A stretch of DNA of 61,548 bases, the filler included. It is 10 parts of 10 records of this genome, joined end to end, with 100 filler letters (N's around TTAATTAATTAA, not from the genome) between each part and the next. Parts side by side here need not be neighbours in the genome. Positions count along the whole stretch, not along the records: positions 1 to 6,780 come from SRR7504441_15221; positions 6,881 to 10,141 come from SRR7504441_15252; positions 10,242 to 13,431 come from SRR7504441_15259; 7 more parts are not named here. One strand, given 5' to 3'. This document shows positions 1 through 11,798 of this stretch, one piece after another. The position numbers and the translations under genes were made by a program. Under the pieces are notes generated by a model. The model had not been told where the DNA came from. It saw nothing but the letters and a program-made list of their open reading frames with translations, and ran no database searches. Numbering within the stretch: position 1 is the first letter of the stretch; each line of letters starts with the position of its first letter.

Positions 1-113
1 TGTTATAGGCTTTTAGAGCATTTAGTACGCGAAATATCTCTGTGATTGCAATTAGGAGCAGTGTGTCAATGTTAAAGGCATTGCATGCACTAATGCGAGC
101 GAACCCCACAATT

Positions 114-2519
114 TCAATAGTTACAGCACATGAGGGAATGCGGCAGACCCGGGACTTGCGTGAGGGCCATGTCTTCTGTTAGCATCCCATTCGTGAGCTT
201 GGACTCCTCGAGGATGCGTCGCTGCTCCTTTATGATATCTGAACGAATCATAGCTATTTGTTTACCCTTTGATCTCTGTGACAACCAATGATTAAGCAAT
301 CGCGAGCCGACGCCAAGGAACTGGGCAGGGGTCACCTCATTTGCAGCACATGCAGTATTCATAATCGATAGAAACATGTTGATTGTAAGCACTGAGCTTG
401 GAGCCAGCAACCATCACCTGGCTGGGGTAGAGCGCGTATAGGGTGAAGCAAAGGTCGAGCCAAAGCATTAGCAGGTTGGTCAGGTCCAGCCACTCCCATA
501 AGATCGAGTCATACGCCAACGCCCATAACTGAAACTCCTGGACTTCCAGGTACCCGAGCATATCCTCCCAGCTAATCCAGACGCAGTGTGACTGCCGGAG
601 TGCCCAATGTAACACTGTAGCATAGCACGGGGCCCCCGGGTACATTGGACTGAACAGCACTGGCTGCATCTTCTGTGCATCAATCAGTCGATTGAATAGC
701 TGTACCCGGAACACCACAGGCGCCATGTTACTCCTCGGGCCAGCGTACTTCTCCATCTCGGCCTGACAAGTCTCGTCCTGCTCGAGCTCATCAAACACCT
801 GCGCTCACGGCTTAGCCGGCTACCAGGACCGTGCCTTGCTTGTTTAAGTAGCTTGAGATGGCACACTTCTGGCTCCTGCTTGTTACCACTGAACAGCAGT
901 ACCAGAAACTTTTTGATGCCCATATGACAAATTCGGCGGATCAAGTCATATGTATAGTAGAGCACAAACAGCGTGAGCACGCACCGCCAAATAAAATAGA
1001 ACATCCGGGCATAGTCACCCTGTTGACCGCCCTTCCAGCTGTAGGCTCCGGCCAACATTGCAGTCTTGAGGTCCACCTGCCATGCCATCAGCTGCCCTCG
1101 GGCTATAAAGTAGCCTGCGTGTAGATCTGGCCGGCGTCAGTCTGCTCGAACAGGAATCTGGGCGCACTGAACCAATCATATGTTGGACTGTACAGCGAAA
1201 ACTCCACGATCACAGCTCGAGTCTGCTTGTCAATGAACCCATTGCTCTCCAACCCGGCCAGAGTGCTCGCAGCCTCAGCCTGGCTCTGACTGCTCTCAAT
1301 CAGTACCCGGTACCCGCCCGGTGGGTAGGATCGCCGGCTTTGCTGGGAGTTTGTGGCTGCCCACCCTGGGAAGGCATTGCCGCCGTACGAGTCCTCCCCG
1401 GTGTAGGCCCAGCTGGTGCTCCCTGAGCTAAAGCTCTGCCCCGGGCTCAAGAAGAAAGCCGCTAGGCTGGCCCACCGGGGAGGTATCAAACTGTGCCGAG
1501 TAGCAGATGAGCCCAGCATCAGATGGATTGATTTCGCCATTGGACGGGCTGAAGAGCCCAACTAAGTTGACTGAGGTGTGGCAGCCGGTCTGGGACACCC
1601 GTTGCTGCCGGATCGAGACCCCTCCCATCAACAGATTGTCGGCCACGTAGTAATGACTGCCCACCCGGTTGCTGAACAACCAGTCCAGCTGCAGGTTAGC
1701 CCAAGAGTAAAACTGATCGCTGGTGCTGATCTTTAAAAAGTCTAGCTGCCGGTCGGCAAAGCTGTACCCGTCTCCGATTGGCGCATGCGCCAGTTCCTGC
1801 CGCACCACTGTCCTACACTTAGCCCAGACAGACCCCTTCCGCCGCACCCAGGTTCTGCACGTATTTCTCAGAGGCTGGGTTCATGAAGCAGCCCATCACC
1901 ACAATGATCGCAAAGATAATGTACAACCGGAGCTCTCTAAGCGCCTGCTTGCGGGTCTGCCCCCAAGCTCAGCAGCTCCCTGCCAGCCAGGTCGCCATGT
2001 TTCGGTAGAGCATAGCGGCAAACTGCTTCTCCTGCTCGAGGCATACCTCTGGGTCCTGCCCACGGCTCGCAGCCGACCCCCTGACTGGCCACCCTGCCGT
2101 GTTCGGCCAACTCCGCCGGAAGTGGCCAGCGGCAGTTCTGATCCGCCAGGGTGCCGTCCGGGAGCATCTTGGGCGGCTGCATCGAGTTGTCCTGCCGGGA
2201 CTCACCGCACCCGACCCACCGACCCACCGCCAGCCGGAGCGCCCAGCGGTGCAGCGCCCGGGCCGTCTCCAGCCGTTCGTCTGACAGCTTGCCCTGTGCG
2301 AGCATTGCGGCCCCGTCCTGGACCTGCAGCCGGCTGGGCGCCAGCGGGCCGCCCTGAGCACCTTGAGCAGCAGCGCTTGTTTGATCCGGCTGAAGACCAG
2401 CGGGCGGTCCTGCCAGCGGTCAGGGCCGCGTGGGCAGCTGGCACCGAGTCCTCGGAGGCTCGGCACATCGAGCCGCCCGCCGCGCTCCAGCTCTCGTTCC
2501 GATCGACGGGCAGCTCCAT
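114..2519 (-). CDS. Polycystin-2 (PKD2/TRPP)-like channel, multi-exon, apparently missing S4-S5-pore (possible pseudogene or misassembly)
   Basis: Spliced reading gives S1 (ALRELRLYIIFAIIVV), TOP-domain motifs (LLMGGVSIRQQRV; LESNGFIDKQTRAVIVEFSLYSP), S2, S3 (WEWLDLTNL) and the S6 end (VLTINMFLSIMNTA). About 9 short introns, three inferred GC-AG (799-839, 1077-1114, 1957-1995). Confidence 0.8.
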
Positions 2520-2575
2520 CCCCCTGGAAGGGAGTCACTTTCCGTTTGCAACCAAGCTGAAAGATTCAACCCGCG

Positions 2576-3271
2576 ATGGCGATGACCTCCGGGGGCAAGC
2601 GGTTTGAGCTGGGGCACCAGGAGGGGGGTCCGCTAGCTGGGCTCGACCCAAACGCGGGCCCGACGGAGCTGCCCGAGGCGCTTCGCCGGCTGCACGAGCT
2701 GGAGACGGAACTGGCGGCAGAGCAGGCGGACAACGACCACCTGCAGGCCGAGCTGGAGCGGGTGCAGGAGCAACTGGACCTGACCCACACGTATGAGCAG
2801 CTGTGGAAGCAGGAGCAAGCCCGGGCCGGCCAGCTGTGCGACGAGATCGAGAGCCTGTCGATGGTGTCGGAGGCGAGCGAGCGGGAGCAGGAGCTGGAGC
2901 TCAAACTGGACCAAGCCCAGCAGGGGCTGCTACAGCAGGAGAGGGAGCAGTGGGCCCAGGAGCAGCGCGAGCTGGATCAGAAGGACCAGGCCGCCATGTG
3001 GAAGGAGAAGGCTGTCGCGATGCAGTGCGTCTTCCTCCGGGGCTGGCTAGGGAGCAGCCGGGCCAGAGCGCAGGCCCAAGCCAAGCAGGTGCTCTCGAGC
3101 TGGCACCACCGGGCCATCGTGGACCGGGTGCGGGCGGCGATGCAGGCGGAGAACGTGAGGCAGCAGCTGCGGATGGCCCAACTGGAGCAGGAGCTGGCCA
3201 GATTGCAGTGTCAAGTCGAGATAGCAGACGCACCGGGCGAGGGAAGACACTGCTGCAGCTTTTTCGGATAG
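2576..3271 (+). CDS. Uncharacterised coiled-coil protein
   Basis: 231-aa E/Q/L-rich heptad ORF followed by an AT-rich 3' region. Confidence 0.7.
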   Translation: MAMTSGGKRFELGHQEGGPLAGLDPNAGPTELPEALRRLHELETELAAEQADNDHLQAELERVQEQLDLTHTYEQLWKQEQARAGQLCDEIESLSMVSEASEREQELELKLDQAQQGLLQQEREQWAQEQRELDQKDQAAMWKEKAVAMQCVFLRGWLGSSRARAQAQAKQVLSSWHHRAIVDRVRAAMQAENVRQQLRMAQLEQELARLQCQVEIADAPGEGRHCCSFFG

Positions 3272-3374
3272 TGCTAGCGCAGCCGACTAACTTCTAACTC
3301 TATTTTCATAAGATATTATAGTATACTCGTAGCATTCAATTTGGAGCCATGTTTGGAGCGCTCTTTTGAACGGA

Positions 3375-4318
3375 TCAACTGCTTGAACCAAGCTTGCTCT
3401 TCAGACTATCCACGAGCGCCTTAGCCTCGGCCTCCAGCTTGCGGCACTGGCTCTTCTGCTCATCGAACTCGGCCCGGTCGTCCGCCTCGAGCACCGAGCA
3501 GTTGAGCCCCCCCGTCCGGGCGCACTGGCTGCCGGCGCTCTCCCACTCTGCACCCACCGGCAGAGCGACTGGCTTGAGCTTGCCGGCTGGCTCGGGCCAC
3601 TGGTCGGCCACCGCCCGCCGCTGCCCCAACCAATCAGCTGGGCCGGGCCGGGCGGGCGACCATCCCGTCCAGGTTGGTGAGCTGCGGCAGCAAGTCAAGC
3701 ACACACTTTGGATAGCCGCGCACAGCGCACACTGCGCCCACTCGCGGCCCGGGCAGCCTGGGCGCACCTGGGTTGGGCTTGGTCCCGTCCGGGTGCTGCA
3801 GGTAGAGCCCGGTCAGCCGCTCCAGCCGGGCCAGGTCTCGCAGGTCCTCAGCCGCCCCGATCTGGCCCGGCGGTCCGGCAGCCCTCCGGCCGACTCACTT
3901 GGTTGCCCGCCAGCCGGATCTCCTCCAACCCGGCTGGCAGCCCCGCCCCGACTGCCCAGCCCGGCTCAGGCGGCCCGGCAGGCCCGGCGGACGCAGGTTG
4001 GAGATCTTGTTCTCCGAGAGGTCCAGCCGACGAAGCGCTGCCGCAGGCTCAGCGGTGCCAGAGCCGGTTTGTACACCGGCGCAGCCGCTCAAGTCTCCGC
4101 AGTCGCGCAGCTTGTTCTTGGACAGGTCCAGGCTATGCAGATGCTCGCATCGGGCGAGGGCGGCTCGGTCTATGGCGTGGATCTCGAGGGCAGGGAGCCC
4201 GAGCAGCCCGACCGACTCCGGATCGAACTGGCCGGAGGCCTGAACCGCCGGCTCGCGGGCCCAGCCAGCTCCAGAAGCTCGCCTTGAGCACCATGGCTTC
4301 AGTCAGTGTGGTGCTCAT
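3375..4318 (-). CDS. Leucine-rich repeat protein, LRRC61-like (6 introns)
   Basis: Spliced MSTTLTEAMVLK|ASGQFDPESV, LRRs LHSLDLSKNKL, LRRLDLSENKI and LEEIRLAGNQI, LRR cap NPVC...LLPQLTNLDG. Confidence 0.75.
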
Positions 4319-4605
4319 GCTGCCGATCCCGCACTCACAGCGCCACGGGAGCCCGAACAGCGGCCGGTTCAATTGAGCCAAAATTACGAGAGTTGCGCAT
4401 GCCGACTCGAGGAAAAAATAAAACGATAAAATGAGTGGGCTGACTTACGATTAAATAAGTGATTCATGTTTGACTTAGATTAATTAATGTACGGATAGTT
4501 GCATTCTTTCTTGAAGTTTCTCACAAATGAGGTGGTCGCAGCCTTGCTCAAACCATAGCTCGCAAAAGTTATGTTGCGGTTCAATGGCCGGCCTCGCATG
4601 GCAGC

Positions 4606-6121
4606 TTACGCGACGCACTTGAGTCCGAATGTGCCTGGGCAGTTGCTCGCGGGCATCTCCTTCCACTTGCCGGTTCGCGGGTCAAATGCCTGCCCATAGC
4701 TCAGCCTGCCCAGCGGCCCGGCTGCACCTCCACCAAAACCCGGTCGATCCGGAGCGCCCTTTGCATGGTCAGCGCCACCGAGGTCCCGCCAAACACGTAG
4801 AGCTTGCCGCACAGCGCGTGTGCCAGGTGCTCCGACCGCCGGTGGTGCATCGGGGCCACCACGCTCCAGCGGCCGGTTTCTGGGTCAAACTTTTCGACCG
4901 TGCTGAAGGTCTCCGAGTCGGCGAAGCAGTCGCGGCTGAGCCCGCCGGTGACGTAGAGCCGGCCGTTGAGCCAGGCAGCAGCGGCCCTAACTCGCGGGGT
5001 GTTCATGGGCGGGAGCCGGTGCCAGGTGCGGCTGGCGAGCTCAAACCGCTGGACAGTGCACAGCCCGTCGTGCTCGGTGATGGACGGCTTGCCCCCGATC
5101 ATGTAGAACGAGTCCTTTGAGGACACCACAGTCGGGCGCATGCACGGGACGGGCGGCGGCGGGAGCGCCTCCTGCGCCCAGGTCTTGAGGTTGATGAGCT
5201 TGAACTGGGTGACCCCCGGCAGGAAGGCGTACTCGTCCACCATCTGCAGGCACTCGCCCTTGAGCATGTTGGTCCGCAGAGCGTTCAGGCTCAGGCTAGA
5301 GCTCTCCCAGGTCTCCTTCGCGATGTCGTAGCAGTCCACCGTGCTCCCGGCCGCCACGCTGTGCCCGTCGCGCCGGAACACCCGGATCTTGCCCTCGTGC
5401 GTGCACACGCAGCCGTGCCGACAGTTGATCGGGGCGTTGAGCGTGGCGCCCGGGTACCAGTTGTCGCTCTTTGGGCAGTAGACCTCCACAGTCCGTGATT
5501 TTGAGCTGTAGTCGGCCGCCCCAGCGATGATGTACATCTTCTTCTTGTTAGGATCCCGGGCCGCCCGAAAGGCGCCTTGCCGGGCCCCGAAGGCCTCGAT
5601 CGCCCTGAATCCGGTGCAGGCCTGGGCGAGCAGCGCCCGCGACCGCGGCCCCGAGAGCAGAAACAGGTAGATCATCACGTCGCGCGGCAGCTCCTTCTCC
5701 TGCCAGCTGCACGAGCGGGGGAGCGCCGCGATCTGGAGCGCCCGGGCCCGGATCGTCTTCTGCCGCTGGTGCTCTCGCTCCACCTCCAGGTCGCGCAGCT
5801 TGGACACCTGGTTCACGATCGCCTGCGCGTCCTCAATCTTGCGGCGCATGTCCGCCAAGAGCGCCTGGCGCAACGGTCAGACCCGCCGCCGGCCGGACTC
5901 GGCACCTGGGCGTCCATCGACTCGGCCTGCGAGATCCGCTGCTGGGTCTGGAGTGCCTGCTCGCCCTCTCAATCCGAGCCCCGGGGGCGGCAGACCCAGA
6001 AAGCGGCGTTCTCGGTGAGCGGGAGCTTGCGGGCCGGGGCGAGCCGCGGCTTCTTGCGGACGAGGGTGCGCGGCGCTTGACCGGACCGACTAGCCTTCTT
6101 CTGCTTACGGCGGGGCGGCAT
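4606..6121 (-). CDS. F-box-like/Kelch-repeat protein (3 introns)
   Basis: ELPRDVMIYLFLL F-box-like segment, then Kelch repeats (YMIGG, LYVTGG...VEKFDPETGRWSVVAPM, LYVFGG...AFDPRTGKW). Confidence 0.85.
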
Positions 6122-6187
6122 GAAGCCTGCTGCTACTCAGCAAGCACCAGGCACAACTGTGCGGTTGTCGTTGCCAGTGCCGTTGTA

Positions 6188-6303
6188 CCGGCCAACTGAG
6201 AGACACCGGCCAACTGAGAGATCACGATGGACTGCCCTCTGATAGACAAGCAAGTAGTGCCGAGGTGCGCTCAGGCGCTGATGGACAAGCAAGCAGTGCC
6301 GAG
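6188..6303. repeat. Two short direct repeats in a divergent intergenic region
   Basis: ccggccaactgagaga twice, and ctgat(a/g)gacaagcaag(t/c)agtgccgag twice. Confidence 0.8.
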
Positions 6304-6305
6304 AC

Positions 6306-6780
6306 ATGGCACTGGCGCTGGTGGCATCTCAGTGCGACATGGTCGAGCTGCTGGTCCAGAGGCTCTGCCCCCAGCCCGTCCCCCCCGCGCTCGCCTGGAA
6401 GTCGGTGCTGCAGCTGGTTTCGATCACACCCAGGAGCAACGACCGGCTGCTCTCCCAGGCGGTGGCCCGTGTGCGCGGCTGGCCGGAAGCTCAGGCGGGG
6501 CTGGCTGGGCTGTCCGCGGGCTTCCGGGCTGAGCACTACGTGCTGTGGGAGGACGGGCTCAAGCTGCGGACCTTCGTGGCTCATTTTTTGCGTCCGCAGT
6601 TCCTCATGGTCCGCATCACCCAGCCGATGGTTGACGACGCTTATAGTATAGCTGAGCCCAAACTGACCGAGTTGATCAAACTGGCCAAGTGCGATTCTAG
6701 CCCCGAGCGGCTGGTGCCGGAGTTAGCCCTAGGTTGGCCCGGCAGATGTTTATCGACGAGATGAATGGTCAGCTTTTTTT
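6306..6780 (+). CDS. Uncharacterised protein, 3'-truncated by contig end
   Basis: Protein-like ORF; a probable GT-AG intron near 6714-6745, after which the frame runs into the linker. Confidence 0.5.
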
Positions 6781-6880
6781 NNNNNNNNNNNNNNNNNNNN
6801 NNNNNNNNNNNNNNNNNNNNNNNNTTAATTAATTAANNNNNNNNNNNNNNNNNNNNNNNNNNNNNNNNNNNNNNNNNNNN
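6781..6880. other. Artificial contig linker
   Basis: 44 N + TTAATTAATTAA + 44 N. Confidence 0.99.
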
Positions 6881-7092
6881 ACTAACTGATTCCTACTTTG
6901 GTCGGTTCTAAATACATTTAGTTGCTTCTGGTTTGCTACTGTACTTCATTCATCATTACGTACTATCCCTTTTCTCTACCTCTTCTCAAGACTTAAAATT
7001 AAAATCAAGATTTAATTAATTACAAGTACACAATGCGTCACGTGCATCCTCTGAATCCGTCGAAGACGCGTCCAAAGGGACGAACTGTTCTT

Positions 7093-9660
7093 CTATAACT
7101 GCTCTACATGCTCTATACAATTGCTCGCACATGCCTTGCGCTTGGCAATCAAATGCTGCCGTGCATACTTTTGGGCGTAAGAGTGCGTCTGTCGGACCAA
7201 TGGCAGCGTCTTGTTGAGTGACGCAGGCTGGATACACCGCCGGTGCTGCATCGCAGCTCCGCTGCAATTGCTAATATTCACACCTGCATCCGATCTCTCA
7301 GCACCAGACGATCGCCCCCCCGCGCAGCCACCTCGCAGTCCTAGGACCACGCTAGAGCCACGCGCGGCGCAACTGCCTTGGATGCTCGTCAGCGGCGGCA
7401 ACTCCATCGAGCCCACAGGACTGCCTGTCCCGCCGGCTGCCGCTCCGCAGTCCGTCACGATGGCTGGCTTGGCCGTGTTCATAAATACGCTCTTCCTTGT
7501 GGCCCCACGCAGCGCTGCAGCTTCGAAGCGCTCGCCATGCAGCTTGGCCGTGCCAGGCTCGACGGCCGGCTGAGCAGATGACTCCGGCTGTGGCTTAGCT
7601 GGCGACCCAGGGCTGCATAGCTTGCCAGTGCTGTGTTTAGGGCTCCGGCTGGCCGGTCCTGGAGACTTGCTTGCCGGTACGAGCCCTGCTGTCACTACGG
7701 GCGGCGAGCGCACCAACCGATCCGCTTGCACTGAAGGCACCAGCGGGGGCGTCGGCTTAAGAATCAGCGGATGACTCATCGGCGGAGGTCTGCAGCGCAC
7801 AGCTCACCCGAGGCCAACGGAAGCTAACCGACCTCTTGGTGGTCTCTCGCCAGGCCGTGCGGGCCCGTGGGTCGGCGGCACGGGCAGTGCGAGGTGGCTC
7901 ATGATTCGACGGATGGTTAGGTCCGGCAGCCCGGGCTGTCGTGACCTGGCTCCTCCCTCCGCTGCTTGTAGACAGTTGACGCTGTTTGGAACTGGCAGTC
8001 GGGGAGCTGGCGAGCCGGTCGATGGCTCGTTCTGGGGGTGGGGAGGTCTTGGCGACCTTTGGAGGCACGGGTGACTCTGGGAACTCCTGTGCCGGGAGAT
8101 TTATCAGGTTTGAAAGGATCAAGTGGCCGTACAGCTGCACATACCTGCACCTCGAGTCAAGCCCCGCCAGCCATCGGCCGCACATGCGAACGCCATCCGC
8201 CCGTCGGTTCGATTGGCGCTTCTCTCCGCCCACTCGATCCTCGCTCGCCGACTGCGAGTGACCGACTCCGATTCCGAACAGATTCGGACAAGCCTGCCCG
8301 CTCTTTAGGAGCAACCGTCCGTTATCGTCGGAGCTCATCAGCCCCTGCCCGGCGTGAGGGCCATTGCGGCGTGAGGTGCGCACCTGAGGGGCGTAGGCAA
8401 ACTCGAAAGGTGTCCCATCAGACTGGAGCACAGGAATCGAAGCCGTCTGCAGCCCCGTTGCCACCACCACCAGCTCGACATCCGTCAACACAGACTTCCA
8501 GAAGGTGCCCGTCCCGATCGGGACCGCGGCGCCGTCGGTGGATATCTTAATCAGCTCCACCCTCTTCTCTTTACCAGCCACAACATCTTTGTAAAGCTGC
8601 TTTGCGTCGCCTCTTAGCCCCGAAAAAGGATTGACCCGGCCCGAATTGGACAGCGAGTCCGGCTCCACGTCGTTATACCCGTCCCGCCGGGCCTCTGCTG
8701 CGCTGTTGTAGTATAGCCGCACCTGTTGGAGTGGATTGAGACCTTTGTGAGACCTTGTCAGGCTGCTAGACACACCTTCGATCTGTGGATGACCAGGATC
8801 TCGCCGCGCTTCCAGCTCCAGAGCGGCTTGCCCAGCTCGATCTGGTCGTGACACACCTGTCCGGCGCCGTTAAACCACCGCTGTTGCCTCAGCCAGAACT
8901 GCTAATGCTAGTGAAGTGTCGGGGTGGATGGATGCACCTTGTTAAGACAAGCCCACACCACGGAGAAAGCGGTGTGCGAGCCGCCGACTACAGCGACCTT
9001 CTTGGTCCGGGCGTTGGCCAGCCGCTGCCTGATCGCGCCCAGCCCCTCCTGCCTGAGGCAATACAGCCCGGTGACCGCCTTCCGCCTCACCGATGCCTCG
9101 ACAGAGTCCAAACTCTGCGTGGCACCCAGCGCCATCACCACCTTGCGCGCCGTCACCTTGACCAACTGGCCCGTCACGCTGTTCCGGCCCTCCAGCTCGA
9201 ACGTGCCGTCCTCCCGTGTCGTCACCCTCTGAACCGCCGTATTGCAATGCACAGCGCAGTTGCGGTGCCGCGACATCTCCTCGCGGAGCTTTGCGCCGGC
9301 TAGCGAGAAGAGCCGCCCGACTAGACCCAACGGACAGGTCGCGAACCGGTACCCCTCCACCTCCTTGGCCACTGGGCTCTCGCGGAGACTCTCAAACAAT
9401 TGGGGCGACTCCCCGGGACTCTCCCGCACGAAGTGGTTAAGAAAGGCGCTGGCTGAGGTGTTTGAGGCGATCACGTAGTCGCCCAGGGACCCGTGCCCGT
9501 ACTCCTTAGGCGGCCGCTTGTCAAATACGGCCACCCCCAGCTCGAGCAGCTCGTTGAGCTTGCCTAGCCGCCCCGCGCGTACCAACGGCCCTATCCCGCC
9601 CGGCCCGCCCCCGATGATCGCCACGTGCACGTCAGGAGCAGGCGGCGGCATCGGCGGCAT
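7093..9660 (-). CDS. FAD/NAD(P)-binding oxidoreductase with a long low-complexity C-terminal tail (about 4 introns)
   Basis: Rossmann motif HVAIIGGGPGG, VVMALG, second dinucleotide motif VAVVGGSHTA, VVVATG; S/P/A-rich tail. Confidence 0.8.
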
Positions 9661-9798
9661 CGCTCCGCCGGTCCGGCCTGGCGCCCGCCGGCCTCCGGTT
9701 CCGGGGGCCCGCGGTCAGGCCTTCCCGCGCCTGAGCGGCCACTGGTGGCTATCTCTGGGAGCTGCTTGCAACGGATTTGTAACGGACGCTTGCCGTTT

Positions 9799-10141
9799 AT
9801 GAGAGAGATTCGCAATGAGCAGCGTGACGCCTCGCTGGGGCTTTGGCTCGGTGTCGCGCACCCCCCGGGCCTGGCCGACCAGCCCGCCGGGGAGCCCTGC
9901 CAGCGCGGCCAGCTCTGCGCTCCTCTGCCCGGCCGGCCGGACCCCCTCGCCCCAGAGCACCCAGCGGGTGGCCCGGGTGGCACAGCAGTTTGAGATGCTC
10001 AAAGAGGAGAATCGGCAGCTCCGGGCAAAGCTGGACGGCGCCGGCCTCGGGCAGGCAGAGGCGCTGCTGAGCGCGGGGCCGGCGAGAGGCGCGGGCGGGG
10101 CGGGGCGAGCGCAGTCGCGAGATGGAAGCCCGGCCCATGAG
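9799..10141 (+). CDS. 5' fragment of an uncharacterised coiled-coil gene
   Basis: ATG, intron-like GT..CAG segments and QQFEMLKEENRQLRAKL; cut by the linker. Confidence 0.4.
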
Positions 10142-10241
10142 NNNNNNNNNNNNNNNNNNNNNNNNNNNNNNNNNNNNNNNNNNNNTTAATTAATTAANNN
10201 NNNNNNNNNNNNNNNNNNNNNNNNNNNNNNNNNNNNNNNNN
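10142..10241. other. Artificial contig linker
   Basis: N/TTAATTAATTAA/N. Confidence 0.99.
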
Positions 10242-10489
10242 GGAGGAGTTTTGTCGGGACGAGGCATCGCCATTCAGCTATTCGGTGCCTGTGAGGGTCG
10301 AGCGGGACGATGAGGGCAGGCTGGTGCTGCCTCCGATTCAAGAGATTCCATTGTGCAAGCCGCGATGCCGAATCGGGATGGAATGGGACTAGAAGCCAAA
10401 AACGACCCGACGTGATCTACTCGTACTCACTCATACATCTCAAGTGCCAACAACATTATTACATCAGTATACATGTAATTTGAAACAGG

Positions 10490-11604
10490 TTAAGTGTCAT
10501 TGGCTGTCTTTCTCTCCCCAATCATTATGTGGCTAAGCGTGTCAGTTATCGGTTTAGTCAGCGTCTCGCTGATAGGATTAGGCTTGTCCTCCACGGGATT
10601 GCACGGCTCGAGCTGCAACTCTCGAACTGCCTTAGTGAGTGGCCCGACATTGAGCACGAAATCAAACTCTATTGGGACGCAGGGCGAGAGCACAATGCTC
10701 GAGGCCAGAGCTTCGTCCAGCATCAATTTGAGTCCCATCGGGTCCTGCCCCCTCCAGTCACGGCCCGGGCAGCGCTCGGGTCACATTCAGCAAGAACTGC
10801 TCCTCGTCCTCGATCTCGAGCGCCTCCTGCCCATGGGCTCCACCCCCGCCAGCCGGCCGGCCGGGCCTGCACTTTATCAAATATCAAACTCATGTGCTTG
10901 ACTTCCTGGGCGAGCTGCTGCCGCTGCTGCTCTATGGCCTGCTGCCTCTGACTTGACACCTGCCCAGGCTTGGCCTGCCCCTCGCCCGCAGCCCGCCTCG
11001 TCTATCTGGTCCAGCATGGACTGCTCCCGCCCGGCCACCGTCCCGGCCAGCCTAGCCATCGCCCCCTCCACCTCCCGCTCCAGCTCGTCGTAACGCGACT
11101 CAATCGCCGGGAGCGCCGGCCGCAGCCGCGCGCATCGACCTAGAATGTCCTCTCTCTCCTGAGCCCTGCGGTCAGGCGCAAGCCCGGCCGGCCGCTCGCC
11201 TGCGCTATCCGTGCGGCTTGTATCATGACCGAACGGACCGTCCCGTTGTACCACTCGTCCAGCGGGGTGCAACGGTGCCCGCGGTGCGACCCAAGCAGCA
11301 GGCAGCTGAACGGGACTCAGCCGGGCCCAGCGGGCGGCCCCGGACCGGCCGCAGACGGTGGAATCGCACTCATCGCAGTGAAAGTCGATCGTCTCGTCCG
11401 GGTGGTCCGTGCACCAGCGCAGCTCGGCCTAGGGGCCGGGGTCGGCCGGGGGCGGCGCGGGGGCGGGACCTGGTTCATTTGGGAGACCAGGTGCCAGCCG
11501 AGCCGCCCAGCGTGCACCAGCTGGTTGCACTCGACACAGAAGTTGTCCAGGCACTGGTGGCACCGCAGCTCCGGCACGGCGGCCTCGCACCGGGCACACT
11601 GCAT
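10490..11604 (-). CDS. Double B-box zinc finger + coiled-coil protein (TRIM-like, no RING seen; 6 introns)
   Basis: CARC...CHQCLDNFCVECNQLVH..H and CTDH...FHCDECDSTVCGxC...HRGH, then a coiled coil. Confidence 0.85.
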
Positions 11605-11798
11605 CGCCACCCACCCGCCGCCTCAACGGGAGCCAGCTACGTGGTCGCCCCCCCCCCCACACACAACCCCCTGCGCGCACGGCCGGTCCTCCCACGCAGC
11701 CCAAACCTCCACTGGCCAGCGGACCCACCCGCCAGTCAACGGCCCTGAGCCGCTCTGCGCTTGCCAACCGCTCTGCTGCCTTGCACACCAGTCGGAGG

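Noticed and set aside
1957-1995. In-frame TGA in the PKD2-like gene as selenocysteine or readthrough
   Set aside because: It lies inside a 39-nt GC..CAG segment of typical intron size, and TGA is the normal stop of several other genes here.
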